Shown here: positions 7,691 through 11,078 of the stretch, piece after piece | Position numbering within the stretch: position 1 is the first letter of the stretch | Layout of the letters: every line of letters starts with the position of its first letter | Assembly: GCA_051746725.1 (NCBI GenBank) | Contig: JBNJFI010000068.1 | Location: 1 to 11,078 of the forward strand | Source: Fusobacteriota bacterium | GTDB lineage: Bacteria > Fusobacteriota > Fusobacteriia > Fusobacteriales > JBNJFI01 | DNA: 11,078 nucleotides | Direction: 5' to 3' | Made by a program: the position numbers and the translations under genes | Notes under the pieces: model-generated | The model's input: only the letters and a program-made list of their open reading frames with translations | The model's database searches: none | What the model was told of the DNA's origin: nothing

Positions 7691-9369
7691 TCCTCCCCTA
7701 AAACATAATGTTTAACTAAATCATTACCAAAATCAGATATATAGATATCTTTATCATTCAAAATAATATCCCTTGGCTTTAAAAAAGAATCTTCAATAAA
7801 TATTTTTTTTCCATTTTTATCTATTTTTATAACGCGATTATTACCTTCATCTGTTATATATATATATTCTTCATCTACAACAATATCATCAGGGCCATTC
7901 ACATTTTTTAGTTTTATTTCTTCTAAAAGTTCAAAAAAGAGGTTATATTTTCTAATTTTATTTTCTTTTTTATCTAAAATATAATATATTTCTTCTTTAT
8001 AATAAATTGCAACAGCTTCTTTTGATTCAATATTATATTCCTTTTGTTTTTTTCCTCTTATCTTATAAATAAAAACCTTATTCATAACGGAATCTAAAAT
8101 AACTATCTCATTTTTTACCCTTATAATATCAACAGGATTTTTTATTTCTTTATATATCTCCTTCTTTTTATTTAAATCGGATTTATTTAAAGTAACGATT
8201 TTTCTATAATAATAATCTATAATAATTATTTCTCTATTTGTGACTATGAATTTATCGATTTGATTGTTTATCTCATAAACTTCTTTTAATTTAAATTTTT
8301 CATCTACTTTTATTAATAATTTAGCTTTGAACATTGATATCCATAAATTACTATTCTCTATAAATATTGCCTTAGGTCTATGCAATCTTAGTTGATCAAA
8401 ATCCCCTATTATATCTTCTAAAATGAAATTATACTGCTCTCTTTTTCGGGCATCCCCTACATAATTCAAAAATAATTCTTTTTTGTTGTAATGTTTTAAT
8501 AAAAATTCATAAAATTTTGGCCTTTGAAGTATTTTAGAAATTTTTATGTTTTCTTTTTTATATTTTGGATTCCAATGTTTTTTATCTTGCAAAATATTGA
8601 CTGCTAATTCTAGTTTATTATTTTTTATATAATAATAACCTAATTCACTAATTCTGTTTTCTTTTTTTAAAAATTCTGGTATATCTATTTTAATGTCATC
8701 AATTTTAGTTTTTTCAAAACTACCATTCTTTTCATCATATGCAGTCATCATATTTTTTTCTATTTTCAAAACAGAGTAATAACTACCCTTTAAAACTTCT
8801 TTTATAACAACACCAGATTTTGATAGCTTAACTATTCTCTTATTATACTGATCAGCCACAAATATGTAGTTTTTAGTAACATCTATTCCACAAGGATATT
8901 TAAAGTCTGAAGTTATTTTCTCTATTAATCCCCCCTCTAAATTATATATACATATGCTATGATCATTTGTATTTGATACATATATCATTTCGTCGGCGAT
9001 TTTCAAAAAAGAAGGGAAATTCATATTAGTATTTAACCTCGTCTGAAAATCTCCTTTTAATTTATAGACGCATATATTTCCATCATTTCTACTAACCACG
9101 TATACTCTTTCATTATATATTTCTATTCCATAGGGTTCGCTTAATTCATTTTTCCCAAATTCATATAAAAAATCTCCATTTAGATTAAATACTTTTATTA
9201 AATTGTTATAACTGTCAGATATATAAATATTATTGTTATATATCGCGAAACTTCTCGGATTAAAAAAAGACGATTTTATTTTTTTATCATTAATATCTAT
9301 AAAGTTATCTATTTCATTTATATAAATATCATAACTTTCATTTTTTGAAAAATCTGATATCCCCTTCAT
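7687..9369 (-). CDS. tandem NHL-repeat (two beta-propeller) protein, function unknown
   Basis: Repeated ~38-aa blades such as FFNPRSFAIYNNNIYISDSYNNLIKVF, FKYPCGIDVTKNYIFVADQYNKRIVKL, VNGPDDIVVDEEYIYITDEGNNRVIKI and FLKPRDIILNDKDIYISDFGNDLV fall in two clusters separated by a ~100-aa linker. SD AGGAG 8 nt upstream. Confidence 0.85.
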   Translation of the reverse strand: MKGISDFSKNESYDIYINEIDNFIDINDKKIKSSFFNPRSFAIYNNNIYISDSYNNLIKVFNLNGDFLYEFGKNELSEPYGIEIYNERVYVVSRNDGNICVYKLKGDFQTRLNTNMNFPSFLKIADEMIYVSNTNDHSICIYNLEGGLIEKITSDFKYPCGIDVTKNYIFVADQYNKRIVKLSKSGVVIKEVLKGSYYSVLKIEKNMMTAYDEKNGSFEKTKIDDIKIDIPEFLKKENRISELGYYYIKNNKLELAVNILQDKKHWNPKYKKENIKISKILQRPKFYEFLLKHYNKKELFLNYVGDARKREQYNFILEDIIGDFDQLRLHRPKAIFIENSNLWISMFKAKLLIKVDEKFKLKEVYEINNQIDKFIVTNREIIIIDYYYRKIVTLNKSDLNKKKEIYKEIKNPVDIIRVKNEIVILDSVMNKVFIYKIRGKKQKEYNIESKEAVAIYYKEEIYYILDKKENKIRKYNLFFELLEEIKLKNVNGPDDIVVDEEYIYITDEGNNRVIKIDKNGKKIFIEDSFLKPRDIILNDKDIYISDFGNDLVKHYVLGEE

Positions 9370-9395
9370 TCAATCCACTCCTTATTTTATTTAAT

Positions 9396-9404
9396 ATTAT
9401 ATCA
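9396..9404 (-). promoter_or_regulatory. extended -10 promoter (TGnTATAAT) upstream of the NHL gene
   Basis: The minus strand reads TGATATAAT at 9404-9396 within the 49-bp intergenic gap, followed by the SD AGGAG (9382-9378). There is no good -35 (TTTTAA at 17-bp spacing). Confidence 0.6.
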
Positions 9405-9418
9405 TAATTAGCTATATT

Positions 9419-10369
9419 TTAAAAGTCCAATATCAATTTATTTGACCACTCATTTTCATACGTTTTTATAATCAATCTACTAGGCGACATCTTTATTTCT
9501 TTATTTAATGTGTAATTTAAAGTTCCATTTTCAACGTTCGCTTCTTCCCACCCATATCCAGATAAATATATCTGCACTTTTTTGATGTTCTCATCCATTG
9601 ATACATTAACTTTTTTGATAATTTTATCTTTTATTATTACTTCATTCCAAGTCGCACTTAAATATTTTATATTCAACTTCCATTTCAAATCTGATATCGA
9701 TTCTACTGCCATTCTATTAATATCATATATATCTGATTTTTTAGAAACTGCTCCTAGACTTTGGTTAAATATAGCTTTAAAACCTTTTTTTATAACTTCT
9801 TTTTTTACAGTTTCATTGTATTCTCCATAGGGATAGGCAAAATAATCCACTTTTTTTTCTATATTATTTTCTATATCTTCAACACTTTTTTGAATTTCAA
9901 ACTTCAATTTTTCTTTGGTTAACTTAGTTAAGTGAGGATGAGAATATGAATGAGACCCAATTTCTCCATATTTCGAAACTTCATTTATTTGTTTCCAGTT
10001 CATATAATCGCCATAATTTTTATTTACAGCTTCTGTATTTACAAAAATTGTATACGGGATATTATTTTCTTTAAATAGTGGAAAACCTTTTTCGTAAAAA
10101 CTGTAGTAAGCATCATCAATGGTAAAGGCAACCATATCGTCTGGAACTTCTTCTTTTTTGGTTACTAGATCCATCATTTTTTCTAAAGTTACAATTTTAT
10201 AGTTATTTTCATTTAAGTAATCAAAAATCTCTTTTAAATTTTTTTCTGATATATTTGTCGAAGGATATCTCTCATCTCCAAATCTATGCAAAACTATAAT
10301 ATGGCCATCTGCATAAATATTCACGGAAATAAAAACTATAATTATTAAATATTTTAGATACTTTTTCAT
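9419..10369 (-). CDS. secreted polysaccharide deacetylase (CE4/NodB, PgaB/IcaB-like)
   Basis: Signal peptide MKKYLKYLIIIVFISVNIYA, then IVLHRFGDERYPSTN, CE4 motif 1 FTIDDAY, metal motif HSYSH and motif 3 FAYPYGEY. SD AAGGAG. Confidence 0.9.
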   Translation of the reverse strand: MKKYLKYLIIIVFISVNIYADGHIIVLHRFGDERYPSTNISEKNLKEIFDYLNENNYKIVTLEKMMDLVTKKEEVPDDMVAFTIDDAYYSFYEKGFPLFKENNIPYTIFVNTEAVNKNYGDYMNWKQINEVSKYGEIGSHSYSHPHLTKLTKEKLKFEIQKSVEDIENNIEKKVDYFAYPYGEYNETVKKEVIKKGFKAIFNQSLGAVSKKSDIYDINRMAVESISDLKWKLNIKYLSATWNEVIIKDKIIKKVNVSMDENIKKVQIYLSGYGWEEANVENGTLNYTLNKEIKMSPSRLIIKTYENEWSNKLILDF

Positions 10370-10388
10370 ATTTCAACTCCTTTTATTT

Positions 10389-11051
10389 TTAACTAAATCC
10401 ATTTCTGACCAAAAAATCCATATCAATATTACTTTTTTTATCAATTTTATTGTTTGAATCCAGATAGTTTTCCAAAAGTTTTTCTACATGTTTCCCTATT
10501 AAATCAGTTTCTATATTAACAAAATCTCCTACCTTTTTTGACCCTAATATTATCTCGTCTTGAGTATGGGGAATTAGAGACACCGAAAAAATATTGTCTT
10601 CTATATCAACAACTGTTAAACTTGCTCCGTCTATAGATATCCTTCCTTTTTTGACTATATATTTTATATAGCTCTTATCTATTTCAAAACTGTATATCTT
10701 AGCAATTCCATCTTTTTTTATTCCAGTTATCTTACCTTCACAATCAACATCTCCTGTTACTAAATGACCTCCTAGAGGGGTAGAAAGGGTTATTGATTTT
10801 TCTAGATTTACCCTATCGCCTTTCTTTAGTCTTTTTAAATTTGTCCTTTTTACAGTTTCTGACATTGCATCTGCTACAAAAAAGTCATTTCCAATCTTTA
10901 TTGCTGTTAAACAAGTTCCATTGGTTGCTATGCTATCTCCTTTTTTAGATTCTTTGACCACCTTTTTTGCACTTATTTTTATCTTTAAAGAATTATTACC
11001 TTTTTTGATATCTAAAACTTCACCTTTTTCTTCAATTAATCCTGTAAACAT
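10389..11051 (-). CDS. ribE: riboflavin synthase (alpha chain)
   Basis: N-terminal MFTGLIEE signature, GDSIATNGTCLT, VNLEK, GGHLVTGDVD, KGRISIDGASLT, LIPHT and VNIETD (two lumazine-binding repeats). SD GGAGG. Confidence 0.98.
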   Translation of the reverse strand: MFTGLIEEKGEVLDIKKGNNSLKIKISAKKVVKESKKGDSIATNGTCLTAIKIGNDFFVADAMSETVKRTNLKRLKKGDRVNLEKSITLSTPLGGHLVTGDVDCEGKITGIKKDGIAKIYSFEIDKSYIKYIVKKGRISIDGASLTVVDIEDNIFSVSLIPHTQDEIILGSKKVGDFVNIETDLIGKHVEKLLENYLDSNNKIDKKSNIDMDFLVRNGFS

Positions 11052-11078
11052 AAATCCTCCCTCTTATAAATAAATTAT

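Noticed and set aside
7855..7866. (TA)6 dinucleotide run in the NHL gene as a phase-variation tract
   Set aside because: It is short, encodes the YIYI strand of an NHL blade in an intact frame, and is unsurprising in such AT-rich DNA.
781..9830. Short plus-strand ORFs (781-1035, 2137-2346, 2312-2500, 3019-3237, 3882-4067, 4272-4520, 4289-4492, 5705-5977, 6979-7197, 9582-9830)
   Set aside because: All are antisense shadows of well-supported minus-strand genes and show no recognisable motifs.

Overview
AT-rich bacterial chromosomal segment, probably Fusobacteriota (inferred from the murA-rlmB-sigH-leuS gene order and protein style). It carries ten tightly packed genes, all on the minus strand. 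In transcription order: ribE, a secreted CE4 polysaccharide deacetylase, a 560-aa tandem NHL beta-propeller protein, a YueI/DUF1694 protein, murA, rlmB, a sigH-like sigma factor, pyrK, pyrD (class 1B) and leuS. A perfect 38-bp palindrome (175-212) after leuS is the likely terminator. Beyond it are three exact DnaA-box-consensus 9-mers (77-143) and a strong-looking sigma70 promoter (TTGACA, 17-bp spacer, TGnT) that fires out of the left edge. The window is mostly housekeeping. I see no mobile element, CRISPR array or RNA gene. The most notable items are the left-end box cluster and promoter, the low-GC double-NHL gene heading the core operon, the pyrKD insertion and the SigH-like factor.
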